From NCBI GenBank assembly GCA_012841375.1, contig DUUV01000028.1:66602-130601 (forward strand): 64,000 nt of DNA, written 5' to 3'. Shown here in pieces: positions 10,007 through 19,738 of the stretch. The stretch is from Candidatus Fermentithermobacillaceae bacterium. Its GTDB lineage: Bacteria > Bacillota > Sulfobacillia > Fermentithermobacillales > Fermentithermobacillaceae. Position 1 is the first letter of the stretch, and each line of letters begins with the position of its first letter. Made by a program: the position numbers and the translations under genes. Under the pieces are notes generated by a model that was not told the origin of the DNA, ran no database searches, and was given only the letters and a program-made list of their open reading frames with translations.

Positions 10007-10717
10007 ATGGCCGGGGGCAACACAACCGGAGGCAAGACAATCGGAATACTCGGAGGTATGGGGCCGGAGGCCACTGCAGACCTTTTTCTGAAGATAATCA
10101 AAGCTACTCCGGCCGAGAAGGACCAGGAGCACCTGAGGGTCGTCATTGACAGTAACCCGGCGATTCCCGACCGGACTGCCTTCATTCTCGGCAAGGGAGA
10201 AGACCCCACCCCGGTTATGGTGAAGACAGCGAAGAACGTGGAAAGCTTGGGGGCCGACCTCATCGCGATACCCTGCAACACGGCTCACTACTTCCACGAC
10301 GCCATACAGGGGGCCGTCAAGGTCCCGGTCCTTCACATAATGCGGGAGGTGGCTCGCCTGCTCAAAGGACACGTGGAGCGCGTAGGGATTCTTGCTTCTA
10401 CGGGGACTCTGAAGACGGAACTTTACGAGAGAGCCCTCGGGGAATCAGGCATTTCGGTCATCGTACCCCGGGGAGACGACCAAGATGAAGTGATGGACGC
10501 CATCTACTCGGTCAAGGGCGGCAACTTAGAGAGAGGCCGTGAGATAGCGCTCCGTCAAGGCGCCAGACTGGTTGAGGCAGGGGCTCAGGCGGTCATCGCC
10601 GGCTGCACCGAGATCCCCCTGGTATTGAGCGACGGCGACCTTGAGACCCCGGTCGTAGACGCTACAAAGGTGCTGGCTGAGGCGTGCGTTAGACTAGCTG
10701 TCGGGGAGTGTGTGTAA
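10007..10717 (+). CDS. Aspartate/glutamate racemase family protein
   Basis: IGILGGMGPEATADLF and IAIPCNTAHYF motifs. Confidence 0.8.
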   Translation: MAGGNTTGGKTIGILGGMGPEATADLFLKIIKATPAEKDQEHLRVVIDSNPAIPDRTAFILGKGEDPTPVMVKTAKNVESLGADLIAIPCNTAHYFHDAIQGAVKVPVLHIMREVARLLKGHVERVGILASTGTLKTELYERALGESGISVIVPRGDDQDEVMDAIYSVKGGNLERGREIALRQGARLVEAGAQAVIAGCTEIPLVLSDGDLETPVVDATKVLAEACVRLAVGECV

Positions 10718-12324
10718 TGTCCCATAGCGCTGTTCTTTTCCAGAACGGGAGTTTCCACGTGTTTCCCAATGAGACCAGGGAGAGGGAGGCTTTGGCGGCC
10801 TATCGGGGAAGGGTCTTGTACGTAGGCGACAGGGAGGACGCACGAAACGCCTTTCCGGCGGGCACAAAGGTGGAAGTGGTCGACCTGGGGGGAAAGATGG
10901 CCGTTCCCGGTTTCATAGACAGTCACATGCACCTCATGAGCTTGGGGGTTGGCCTCAGGAACCTCTCTCTAAACGACGTAAGTTCCATAGCCCGGCTCAA
11001 AGAGGTTGTGGCGGAAAGGGCCAAGACGGCCGCTCCGGATGAGTGGATCTTGGGAAGAGGATGGGATCAGGACTTTTTTGCCGAGAAGCGCTATCCGACC
11101 AGGAAGGACCTGGATGAGGCCGGCGGCGGGCGTCCTGTGTACCTCACAAGGGCCTGCGGACACCTGGCGGTGGCGTCTTCAAAGGCGCTGGAACTGGCTA
11201 ACGTCACCCGCGATACCGTTGACCCTCCCGGCGGAGTTATCGACCGCGACCTATACGGAGACCCTACAGGAGTGCTCAGGGAATCGGCCCAGGGGCTGGT
11301 CAGGAGCAAGATCCCGGAGGACGGGCGCGAGGCGCTTCTCGACTCCACCAAAGAGGCCATGCGTTATCTCCTGGAGAGAGGGATCACGTCGGTCCATCCG
11401 AACGACGGGCAAGCCGGTTTCTCAGGGACTATGGAGATCTACAGAGAAGCCAGAGAAGCAGGGTTCCCACTTAGAGTGTACTGGGACCTACCTTACGAAT
11501 TCCTCGATGAACTGGCTGAGACACCCCTCCGTACCGGAGACGGAGACGATTACTTCCGCATCGGAGCCGTGAAGATCTTCGCCGACGGTTCATTGGGTGG
11601 GAGGACCGCCGCGCTTGAGGAGCCTTACTCAGATGACCCTACCAGCTCAGGCATTTTGGTTGTGACCGAAGATGAACTGAGAGATAGCGTCTATAAGGCT
11701 CACGCTCTCGGGATGCAGGTGGCAGTCCACGCCATCGGTGACAGGGCCGTGCGCGTAGCGCTCGAAGCGATAGGCGCGGCGCGGGGTAAGATTCCCAGAG
11801 AAAGGCCTAGACACCGGGTTGTCCATGCCCAGATCCTTTCACCCGGATTGATCTCGGACATCAAACGCAACGGTGTAATCGCCGATGTACAGCCGAAGTT
11901 CCTGACGACGGATATGAGGTGGGCACAAGAGCGGGTGGGCCTCCAGAGGATGCGTTCTTCCTACGCATGGCGCACCATGCTGAAGGCGGGGCTCCACATG
12001 GCCGGCGGTTCTGACTGTCCGGTTGAGCCCGCCGACCCCCTATGGGGCATCTACGCAGCCGTCACCAGAAAAGACATGGAAGGCGAGCCCAAGACATCGT
12101 TCTACCCCAACGAGAGGATCACTGTGGAAGAAGCCCTTCGCCTGTTCACCTTGGGAGGGGCCTACGCCGAGTTCGCCGAGCACAGGAAAGGCACGCTTGA
12201 GCCCGGTAAGTTGGCCGACTTCACGGTACTCTCAGAGAACCTGTTCAGGGTGCCCCATGACTCCATAAAGGACATCCAGGTAGAGATGACCGTAGTGGGA
12301 GGACAGGTGGCCTACGCCCGGTAG
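10717..12324 (+). CDS. Amidohydrolase-3 family metal-dependent hydrolase
   Basis: VPGFIDSHMHL metal-binding motif, about 535 aa; its start overlaps the racemase stop (TAATG). Confidence 0.75.
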   Translation: MSHSAVLFQNGSFHVFPNETREREALAAYRGRVLYVGDREDARNAFPAGTKVEVVDLGGKMAVPGFIDSHMHLMSLGVGLRNLSLNDVSSIARLKEVVAERAKTAAPDEWILGRGWDQDFFAEKRYPTRKDLDEAGGGRPVYLTRACGHLAVASSKALELANVTRDTVDPPGGVIDRDLYGDPTGVLRESAQGLVRSKIPEDGREALLDSTKEAMRYLLERGITSVHPNDGQAGFSGTMEIYREAREAGFPLRVYWDLPYEFLDELAETPLRTGDGDDYFRIGAVKIFADGSLGGRTAALEEPYSDDPTSSGILVVTEDELRDSVYKAHALGMQVAVHAIGDRAVRVALEAIGAARGKIPRERPRHRVVHAQILSPGLISDIKRNGVIADVQPKFLTTDMRWAQERVGLQRMRSSYAWRTMLKAGLHMAGGSDCPVEPADPLWGIYAAVTRKDMEGEPKTSFYPNERITVEEALRLFTLGGAYAEFAEHRKGTLEPGKLADFTVLSENLFRVPHDSIKDIQVEMTVVGGQVAYAR

Positions 12325-12367
12325 TAGAGATGTCTGCCCGCCAAGGAGCGCGATCACACTGGGAGCG

Positions 12368-13084
12368 CTACGCGACTGTTCTACGTCGCTTCCGGCCTAT
12401 GAGTCCGATCACGAATCCGGCGAGAGCCAACACAAGAGCGGTAACTGCGGCGTGGATGCCGGCCCTCTTAACCATTGCGAAGAAGAAGGGCTCGGGAAAC
12501 ATCCTTATGAGCCAGTCCGTCTGGGGATCCAGGAGCCACAGGTCGTTTGTGAAGGTTAAGAGGTGAAACTTGGTCCACCACCCGGTGAAGTCGGAAGCGG
12601 CGGGCAAAGCAAGGATTACCAGAGCAGTGATGGATATTAAGGCGGCGGCGTAGAGGGCGATTGACGCCGCCTTGTGTTCGCCTGAAGTTATGAGAAGAAC
12701 GGCGATGGCGAAAGCCGCGGCCGTCGAGAGCCATTCGGCGGTGAACCCTGTTTGAAATAGGGCCCTTACGTCCTCAAGGTGCCGGAGTTCCTTCTGACTG
12801 TACAGCGGTCGTTCCTGGCCGTCTATGGTTGTAGTCAGTTGGGGTGAGTCAGTAGTTTTCCCGACAAGATAGTCAATGAGCGCCTTACCCGCTTTCGTGA
12901 GATCCTCAAGGCTCATCCCCGTGTCGGCCATTACGTCGAGCTCAACCCAGAGGTCTTGATACAGCCTGAGGTTGGTTGCGGATGCCCGGACCGATAGCAG
13001 TGCGTTTGCCAAGACCAGGCATAGGGTCAACGCGATTCCGGCAACGACCGTGACCCACCGGGGAATCTGAGGAGTCATGTCCAT
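12368..13084 (-). CDS. Integral membrane protein (DUF1461/TIGR01906-like)
   Basis: Several TM segments around a central soluble region; family assignment is from memory of the motif pattern only. Confidence 0.4.
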   Translation of the reverse strand: MDMTPQIPRWVTVVAGIALTLCLVLANALLSVRASATNLRLYQDLWVELDVMADTGMSLEDLTKAGKALIDYLVGKTTDSPQLTTTIDGQERPLYSQKELRHLEDVRALFQTGFTAEWLSTAAAFAIAVLLITSGEHKAASIALYAAALISITALVILALPAASDFTGWWTKFHLLTFTNDLWLLDPQTDWLIRMFPEPFFFAMVKRAGIHAAVTALVLALAGFVIGLIGRKRRRTVA

Positions 13085-13220
13085 ACCTCCGCACGCCAGT
13101 ATTGCTCGAAGCCATTTTACCTCTTTTCACACGCCCCGGTCTGGAGACATATGATGCCACGTGCGCCGGACACTGCCGCGCAACATCAAAATGCCAGGTA
13201 GAAGATAGGGGGACTTTCTC

Positions 13221-14348
13221 TTGATCAAGAGAGGCTATGTGAAACGTGTCTTTCCGGGCAACAACACTCCCATGGGGTTCTTTTCCTACTACGATTACAT
13301 TCTGCCTAAGGACAGCCGTCGCATCTACGTGATCAAGGGCGGACCGGGAGTTGGCAAGTCCACGTTCATGACCAGTATCGCCAAGCACATGGTGGACCTC
13401 GGGTACGATGTGGAGGTCCACCATTGTTCATCAGACAACAATTCCATTGACGGTGTGGTATTCCCGGCAATAGGAGTGGGCATGCTGGACGGCACGTCGC
13501 CTCACGTCGTGGACCCCAAGGTTCCCGGAGCGGTCGATGAGATCGTCTGGCTGGGAGAGTTCTGGGACGAAGACGAGGTAAGGGCAAAGAAAAAAGAGAT
13601 ATTGCAGGCCCAGCGCGGTATTGAGTCGGTGTTCGGGCGGGCGTACAGGTACCTTAAGGCGGCGCAGGTGGTCTACGAAGACTGGGAGTCCGTGAGTATC
13701 GAGGCCTTGGACTGCGGAAAGGCCAACATCAGGGCCCAGAACATCATCGACGAGTGCCTCTCCGGGATTCCCATATCCGACAAGCCGGGCGTGGAGAGGA
13801 AGCTCTTCGCCAGCGCGATTACGCCGGACGGCATGGTCAACTATCTGAACACCATCGTCTCGCCGTGCAAGACCAGATACGTCATTCAAGGTGAGCCGGG
13901 AACCGGCAAGTCCTATCTCCTTGAGAAGGTGAAGAGGGCGGCATTGGAGCGAGGGTTCTTCACGGAGGCATACTACTGCCCCATGCATCCCGACAAAGTC
14001 GAGCATGTCATTGTGGCCGAACTGGGACTGGCGTTCACGAAGTCAATCGCGCCCCACACCTACATCCCGGGACCGGCGGACAAGATCATAGACATGGACG
14101 AGTGCACCGACGCCGCCGTAGTGGCGGACCACCGTCCGTACGCACAAAGGGCGAGAGATGAGTTTGAGCGGCTCTTCAATCTGGCCATATTCTACATCAG
14201 CCAAGCAAAGCAGTATCACGATGCCATGGAGCGCTGCTACGCTCCCAACATGGACTTTGGCGGCATCAACCGGCTAAGGGAGAAGATCACCCAGAAGATC
14301 TTGGGCTACGCCCAGGAAGCCGAGGCCGCGGCCGGGAACGGCGAGTAG
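13221..14348 (+). CDS. Uncharacterised ATPase with two tandem Walker-A motifs
   Basis: GGPGVGKST near residue 40 and GEPGTGKSY near residue 225, each followed by an acidic/hydrophobic stretch, suggesting an internally duplicated P-loop domain. RBS GGGGGAC before TTG 13221. Confidence 0.6.
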   Translation: MIKRGYVKRVFPGNNTPMGFFSYYDYILPKDSRRIYVIKGGPGVGKSTFMTSIAKHMVDLGYDVEVHHCSSDNNSIDGVVFPAIGVGMLDGTSPHVVDPKVPGAVDEIVWLGEFWDEDEVRAKKKEILQAQRGIESVFGRAYRYLKAAQVVYEDWESVSIEALDCGKANIRAQNIIDECLSGIPISDKPGVERKLFASAITPDGMVNYLNTIVSPCKTRYVIQGEPGTGKSYLLEKVKRAALERGFFTEAYYCPMHPDKVEHVIVAELGLAFTKSIAPHTYIPGPADKIIDMDECTDAAVVADHRPYAQRARDEFERLFNLAIFYISQAKQYHDAMERCYAPNMDFGGINRLREKITQKILGYAQEAEAAAGNGE

Positions 14349-14480
14349 GGCCCCCGGGACCTAGGGCAGCAAGGGGCGCTGTCGGATGGCAAATCGCCGG
14401 CAGCGCTCCTACGTTGGGGCTCGTGACATCGAGTGACTTGGTGGGCAGAGAAACGTTTGGAATCTCTAGCCAACTTTGTA

Positions 14481-14500
14481 GGGGCAGCTCAGCTGCCCCT
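14481..14500. terminator. Perfect palindrome GGGGCAGCTcAGCTGCCCC between convergent genes
   Basis: 9-bp stem with 1-nt loop, between the 3' ends of the ATPase gene (+) and hisC (-). Confidence 0.45.
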
Positions 14501-14539
14501 TCCTTCAGCCTATTCCTTCAGACCACGCCCGGCGCTCCT

Positions 14540-15658
14540 TCACACTTCCCTCAGCGCTTCCTTTAGCGCTGCCACCAGTACCTCGTTTTCCTCTCCGGTA
14601 CCGATGGTGATACGCAGGCAGGTATGAAGCCCCCACGCAGACGTAGGCCGTACAATCACGCCACGCCCGAGGAGCGCCCGGAAAACCGCTTGGCAGTCCT
14701 TGCCCGTATCTAGCATGATGAAATTGCCCCATGTAGGATAGGCCTTAAGTCCCATCGCGGCATACTCGCGATAGAGGTACGCTTTGCCTTCCTCAACCAC
14801 CTGGACACTCTGGTGGATGTGTTCTCGATCGTCCAGCGCCGCTGTGGCGGCAGCCTGGGCCAAGGCGTTTTGGTTGAAAGAAAGTCTTACTCTGTCGAGG
14901 AGCGCTGCAGCATACTCAGGCATAAGGCCGTAGCCGACTCTAAGCCCGGCAAGCCCGTAGATCTTGGAGAAGGTCCGTAGGACCGCCACGTTCTTCCCCT
15001 CTCTGAGGTGGGGGAGGAGAGTGCCGTAGTCTTCGTCCCCGACATATTCGGCGTAGGCCTCGTCGGATATCACCAGGACATGGGAAGGTACGGCCTCAAC
15101 GAGCCGGTGTACCTCGGCCTTTCGCGTCATAGTGCCCGTCGGGTTGTTGGGATTGCAGAGGAACAAGAGCTTGGTTCTGGGCCCTATCGCAGACGCCATG
15201 GCTTCCAAATCCAAGAAGCCGTCCTTGAGGGGCACTTCTACCGGTTTTCCGCCCATGAGCAGTGTTGACGTCTTGTACACCGGGAACGTCTGAGCACCCA
15301 TTACTACCTCATCTCCTGGCCTCACGAAGGCTTGGCCCAGGAGCATGATAACCTCGTCAGACCCATTTCCCAACACTATCTGGCTTGTGGGGATTCCGTA
15401 CACCCGGGAGAGCCGGGTCTTTAAGTGAAACCCTGCGGCGTCGGGATATATGTGGGCGGACGCTGCCATTTCCTCAATCGCCTTCATGGCTCTTGGAGAA
15501 GGTCCCAGAGGATTCTCATTGGACGCGAGCTTCACTACTCTCTCGAGACCCAGTTCACGTTTGACCTCATCTGCGGGCTTTCCGGGAATATACGGTGATA
15601 GGGTTAGAACCTCGGGTCTCGGGTGAGTGGGATAGGAGACGGGGGATCTCTCACTCAT
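14540..15658 (-). CDS. hisC: Histidinol-phosphate aminotransferase
   Basis: Class II aminotransferase with LASNENPLGPSP and KIYGLAGLRVGY motifs; RBS AGGAGG 8 nt upstream. Confidence 0.85.
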   Translation of the reverse strand: MSERSPVSYPTHPRPEVLTLSPYIPGKPADEVKRELGLERVVKLASNENPLGPSPRAMKAIEEMAASAHIYPDAAGFHLKTRLSRVYGIPTSQIVLGNGSDEVIMLLGQAFVRPGDEVVMGAQTFPVYKTSTLLMGGKPVEVPLKDGFLDLEAMASAIGPRTKLLFLCNPNNPTGTMTRKAEVHRLVEAVPSHVLVISDEAYAEYVGDEDYGTLLPHLREGKNVAVLRTFSKIYGLAGLRVGYGLMPEYAAALLDRVRLSFNQNALAQAAATAALDDREHIHQSVQVVEEGKAYLYREYAAMGLKAYPTWGNFIMLDTGKDCQAVFRALLGRGVIVRPTSAWGLHTCLRITIGTGEENEVLVAALKEALREV

Positions 15659-15876
15659 ACTTAAAACCTCCTGTAACTAAACTCGTCGTGATTAGCAGGA
15701 GACAATCACCATCTTCTACCGGTCCACGGGTTTTCCTTCCGTCTCTATTGGCCACCCCTTTCACGGACGAGAACCTTGCCAAAGACCATGGGGCCGGTCG
15801 GATCCTCCTTCCGGACTCACTCGGGGGTTTGAAGAAAGACGCTCGGGGATTACCTTTCGTCCTTCGGAGGGAACAT

Positions 15877-16242
15877 ATGGGCGATAGAGACTCTCAAGCG
15901 GCTCTCGCAGGGGGAGAGGTTTTGTCCGGGTCACGCGAACACGACAAGAAGGGCTCCCGTCGGAGGACTCTCGAAGACACGCTCATCAGGGTGTCCGATT
16001 CCTTAGAGCGGGCCAAGATCGCCGAGTACGTGAACTTGCTGAACCGGCCAGGCAGGCTCATCTGGCTCAACCTTGCGGGAGGATTGGCGAGAGGCGCGGG
16101 GTTGGCAGTGGGGTTTACTCTCTTAGGTGCCATGATCATCTATGTCCTCACGAGAAGCTACATCATGAATCTCCCGATCATCGGAAGCTTCTTGGGCGAA
16201 CTGGTGTGGATCATCCAGCAATATCTGAAGGGGAAAGGGTAA
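15877..16242 (+). CDS. Small membrane protein, function unknown
   Basis: 121 aa; GGAGGG RBS before ATG 15877; C-terminal TM hairpin (LNLAGGLARGAGLAVGFTLLGAMIIYVL). Confidence 0.5.
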   Translation: MGDRDSQAALAGGEVLSGSREHDKKGSRRRTLEDTLIRVSDSLERAKIAEYVNLLNRPGRLIWLNLAGGLARGAGLAVGFTLLGAMIIYVLTRSYIMNLPIIGSFLGELVWIIQQYLKGKG

Positions 16243-16308
16243 GTAAAGCACAGGCAAAGAAAAGCACCCGATGCAACGGCAACACAAGACAGCCAAGGGG
16301 GTATACCG

Positions 16309-16848
16309 GTGGCAGAAGGATTTGGCGCCGGCCATAGTCCAAGGAACGACCTAGACCTGCTTGAATTCGAAAGGATCCTTCTTAGGCAGAGAAAAAACGT
16401 GAGCGACGGCTTTCAGCGCATAAAGGAAGGCACTTTTTCCCAGAGTCTAAAGGACTCAACGGGTGAGAGTTCATCCTACGATCAGCATTCCGCCGACCTT
16501 GCCGCCGAGACCTTCGAGCGGGGGAAAGACCTGGGGCTAAAGGACGGCCTGGAAATCGACCGGGCCAAGATCGACCATGCCCTGGACAGGATCAAGCGCG
16601 GTACATACGGATACTGCCTGTCCTGCGGCGGCCTGATCCCTGAAGGGAGGCTCCGGGCAGCGCCCGAGGCAGAGCGGTGTGTGAGGTGCGCAGAGTCCCA
16701 GGAAGTCAAACCGGCAAGCCGGAGGCCGGTCGAAGAAGAGGCTCTCCGGAATTTTCCTCCCATGGGCGGCATCGAAACCCTTACCGACGACGTTTACACT
16801 CATGGTGAAAACGTGCCGGCGGGACCTCATCGCCCCAGACCGAGGTGA
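16309..16848 (+). CDS. ylyA: DksA/TraR C4-type zinc-finger protein (YteA/YlyA-like)
   Basis: C-x2-C-x17-C-x2-C finger (CLSCGG...CVRC); it sits directly upstream of lspA, where B. subtilis ylyA sits. Confidence 0.6.
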   Translation: MAEGFGAGHSPRNDLDLLEFERILLRQRKNVSDGFQRIKEGTFSQSLKDSTGESSSYDQHSADLAAETFERGKDLGLKDGLEIDRAKIDHALDRIKRGTYGYCLSCGGLIPEGRLRAAPEAERCVRCAESQEVKPASRRPVEEEALRNFPPMGGIETLTDDVYTHGENVPAGPHRPRPR

Positions 16849-16866
16849 GCGGGCCGGGGCGGGTGC

Positions 16867-17415
16867 ATGAGAAGCCCTCAGTCCTTGCCTCCCGTAAGGC
16901 GGGTCGAGTATCCTAATTGGGAGATCGGTTCGCACGATTGGACGGGAAGCGAGGGAGGATCATTGCTGTTCTGGGTTACGTTCGTGCTGGTCTCCGCATG
17001 CGACTACCTGAGCAAGAACTGGATACGGCAGAACTTCGCCCTCGGCGAGTCCCGGAAAATCCTAGGCAGTTTCCTGCGCTTCACCCACTGGTCCAACTCG
17101 GGCGCCTCCTTTGGAATCCTGCAAGGAGCTGCGCCCTATCTGGCTCTCATCAGTGTGGGCTGCATAATCTTGGCGATTCTCATCTATCCCAAGTTCAAGA
17201 GCGCCGGGCCCATGGGTGTCATATCCTTGGGTCTCATTGCCGGTGGCGCCCTTGGAAACCTATTGGACCGGGTACGTTTCGGCAGCGTCACTGATTTCAT
17301 AAGCCTCAGCTTTTTCCCGCCGATCTTTAACGTGGCCGACTGTGCCATCGTGACAGGCGCCGTTCTCATGGCGGTTTTCTTCTTGCTGACTCCAGAAGGG
17401 CGATTCGAGGAGTGA
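16867..17415 (+). CDS. lspA: Lipoprotein signal peptidase II
   Basis: HWSNSGASFGIL and FNVADCAIVTG motifs; the start may be downstream of 16867. Confidence 0.85.
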   Translation: MRSPQSLPPVRRVEYPNWEIGSHDWTGSEGGSLLFWVTFVLVSACDYLSKNWIRQNFALGESRKILGSFLRFTHWSNSGASFGILQGAAPYLALISVGCIILAILIYPKFKSAGPMGVISLGLIAGGALGNLLDRVRFGSVTDFISLSFFPPIFNVADCAIVTGAVLMAVFFLLTPEGRFEE

Positions 17416-18482
17416 GAACGACTCAGAACCCCATAGGCTCGGGGCCCAAAGTTCCGGAAGGCCCGAGAACCCTCACACTCCAAGTGGATGACCTCTCGGG
17501 CGGAGAGAGGCTTGACGTCTTCGTCGCCAAAGCGGCCGCCGGAGAAGGCATATCAAGGACCAGAGCCCAGACTCTCATAGACGAAGGGAACATCCGCTTG
17601 AACGGTAGGGCGGGCAAGCCGTCGACCAAGGTGAAGCCCGGCGACCTTGTGGAAGTGACCGTCCCGCCGCCGGAGGAGTGGGACATCGCTGCCGAGGACA
17701 TCCCCCTAGACGTTGTTTACGAGGACTCGCATGTACTGGTCATCAACAAGGCCCGGGGGATGGTGGTGCACCCCGCCGCCGGCCATTGGCAAGGTACGCT
17801 GGTCAATGCCGTTCTGGCAAGATGTCCGGACCTTGCGGGAATAGGGGGCGAGGTTCGTCCGGGGATCGTCCACCGGCTGGACAAGGATACGACCGGGCTC
17901 ATCGTGGTGGCAAAGAATGAGAACGCCCTGAGGTCGCTTCAGGACCAGATGAAAGCCCGCGAAGTTCGGCGCTTGTATGTGGCGTTGTGCTTGGGTAAGG
18001 TACGCCAAGACGCAGGTACGGTGGATGCCCCCATCGGGCGTCACCCCGTGCACAGGAAGAAGATGGCCGTTGTCCCCACCGGACGCCGCGCCATTACAGA
18101 CTACGAGGTCCTTGCACGTTTCGCAGCCCAATACACGCTGGTGCTGGCGATGCTCAGGACGGGGAGGACCCACCAGATCAGGGTGCACATGGCTCACCTG
18201 GGGCATCCCGTTGCGGGAGATCCGGTGTACAGCAGGGGAAAGGACGACCTTGGCCTTGAGGGCCAAGCGCTTCACGCCCTGGCGCTGGGGTTTCGCCACC
18301 CGGCTACCGGGCACCCCCTGGAGTTCTGCGCACCGCTTCCGGAAGACCTGAAGAAAGCGTTGGAGACTTTGGCGCGGAAATATCCGGACAGCCTCAAGGA
18401 GCTACAGAACACGTTCTCCAGGAGGCAGGAATGTCGGGACATCTTGGGGCCGGCCCTTAAGGATATCATCAGGAGTACATAG
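17412..18482 (+). CDS. rluD: 23S rRNA pseudouridine synthase, RluA/RluD family
   Basis: S4 domain followed by HRLDKDTTGLIVVAKN catalytic-Asp motif; lspA-rluD order is conserved. Confidence 0.85.
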   Translation: MRTTQNPIGSGPKVPEGPRTLTLQVDDLSGGERLDVFVAKAAAGEGISRTRAQTLIDEGNIRLNGRAGKPSTKVKPGDLVEVTVPPPEEWDIAAEDIPLDVVYEDSHVLVINKARGMVVHPAAGHWQGTLVNAVLARCPDLAGIGGEVRPGIVHRLDKDTTGLIVVAKNENALRSLQDQMKAREVRRLYVALCLGKVRQDAGTVDAPIGRHPVHRKKMAVVPTGRRAITDYEVLARFAAQYTLVLAMLRTGRTHQIRVHMAHLGHPVAGDPVYSRGKDDLGLEGQALHALALGFRHPATGHPLEFCAPLPEDLKKALETLARKYPDSLKELQNTFSRRQECRDILGPALKDIIRST

Positions 18483-18504
18483 CATGAGAGACAGCAAGTA
18501 ATGA

Positions 18505-18717
18505 AAACAGCTCACCCTGACCTCAGGAACCAAGAGCCCCGTTTACATAGACGTGAGGCGCCTCATTTCTTTCGTGAAGGAGAGGGAGGATGCCGTGGAC
18601 ATGCTGGGCGACCTCGTCGCCGAGACGGTAAAGGATAAAGTGGACGCAGTGGTCGGCGGTGAGACAGCAGGGATCCCCTACGCCGCTAGGTATACCGGGA
18701 ACCGGCGCGCTCCCTTG
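18505..18717 (+). pseudogene. pyrE: Orotate phosphoribosyltransferase (pyrE) internal fragment with no start codon, truncated at the 3' side
   Basis: Frame translation LTLTSGTKSPVYIDVRRLISF...VVGGETAGIPYAA matches PyrE residues about 25-90. A stop lies immediately upstream, similarity ends near 18700, and vapC overlaps the 3' side. Confidence 0.6.
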
Positions 18718-19158
18718 TCAGATCCCCGCAAATGGACTCTTGACTATAACGCCTTCGTAGGCCTGCCCATGACCCAGATCCTCAGACCAGAGGGTCTCAC
18801 AGTCTAGACGAGACGCGCTCGCAACTATCATTGCGTCCCAGAACGATATCCCGTGGCGTTCATGGATATCGATAGCCCTTTCCACATCTGCGACCGTAGG
18901 TGAGTGCACGAACCATGCGTGGTACGCTGCCACAATCTCTCTGGCCCTCGGCCGAGGAAGGGGAGGGTGTGTCCTAGACGTGACTACAACGAAAAACTCC
19001 TGAAGAACCTGGATACTAACACAACCTCTGCGCGAGTTCCACAGGTTCTCAAGAAGTCTTGCCGCAACCTGACGCTTTGCCCCTGCCGAAGCATCATGAG
19101 CGTAGACTAGGATATTTGTGTCAACGAACTGAAGCCCCCGGCCTCTGCCCTCGCTCAT
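18718..19158 (-). CDS. vapC: PIN-domain ribonuclease toxin VapC
   Basis: FVDTNILVYA...DAMIVASA PIN acidic residues; it overlaps the upstream antitoxin gene. Confidence 0.75.
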   Translation of the reverse strand: MSEGRGRGLQFVDTNILVYAHDASAGAKRQVAARLLENLWNSRRGCVSIQVLQEFFVVVTSRTHPPLPRPRAREIVAAYHAWFVHSPTVADVERAIDIHERHGISFWDAMIVASASRLDCETLWSEDLGHGQAYEGVIVKSPFAGI

Positions 19159-19399
19159 GCAGGTCGCCTCGCTTCCAGGTTGCTTGGCCTCTTGAGCCCA
19201 AGTTGAAACCGTCTTTGTCCTTCAGGATGCCAAAATAACTATCACGGGCTCGCTCATAGGAATCGTGTTGGCGTACGTAGTCCTCTAGAAGGCTTCGGAG
19301 AATCGAAGAGACCGACGTATCCTGGCTCGCAGCTATAATCTTGGCCCTTCTCAAGGTTTCCCGGGCAAAAGAGACTGTTACGTTCTGCCGTTCCGCCAT
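19121..19399 (-). CDS. vapB: Ribbon-helix-helix antitoxin (VapB/CopG-like)
   Basis: MAERQNVTVSFARETLRRAKIIAAS RHH N-terminus; strong AGGAGGTG RBS; the longer ORF-track form (to 19558) is rejected. Confidence 0.6.
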   Translation of the reverse strand: MAERQNVTVSFARETLRRAKIIAASQDTSVSSILRSLLEDYVRQHDSYERARDSYFGILKDKDGFNLGSRGQATWKRGDLHERGQRPGASVR

Positions 19400-19472
19400 C
19401 GTACACCTCCTACACGATAATAAGTATATCACGAAACCACGTGAACATCGACGGCTCGTAGAGGCAGCCCGG

Positions 19473-19700
19473 TTATTCCAGCTCTTCAGCGAAGCTCTCC
19501 ATAAAGATCTCATACTCGAAGAGCCCGTCCTTCTGGATATGCGCTCTGAGCCGGCCAACTTCCCTGAAGCCGATCTTGGGACGCTGTCGACCAGACAAGC
19601 CTATGGAGCCCGACAGGCACAGAAAACCCGGGTACTTCGGTACTTCCACCTTCACCTCATACGCGAATTCAAGTATGATACGGAATGCTCCGCAAATATG
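19473..19700 (-). pseudogene. Possible C-terminal remnant of a GNAT acetyltransferase
   Basis: ...KIGFREVGRLRAHIQKDGLFEYEIFMESF resembles a GNAT C-terminus; there is no convincing start or RBS, and it overlaps the start of the intact GNAT gene on the other strand. Confidence 0.25.
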
Positions 19701-19738
19701 GGCTGCCGGATTAGGACTTTGTGAGCGGGTGAAACCGG

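Noticed and set aside
19121-19558. 145-aa form of the antitoxin ORF.
   Set aside because: The RHH fold and a strong AGGAGGTG RBS begin at the internal Met (19399); the upstream part is Arg/Ser-rich junk overlapping lower-GC DNA.
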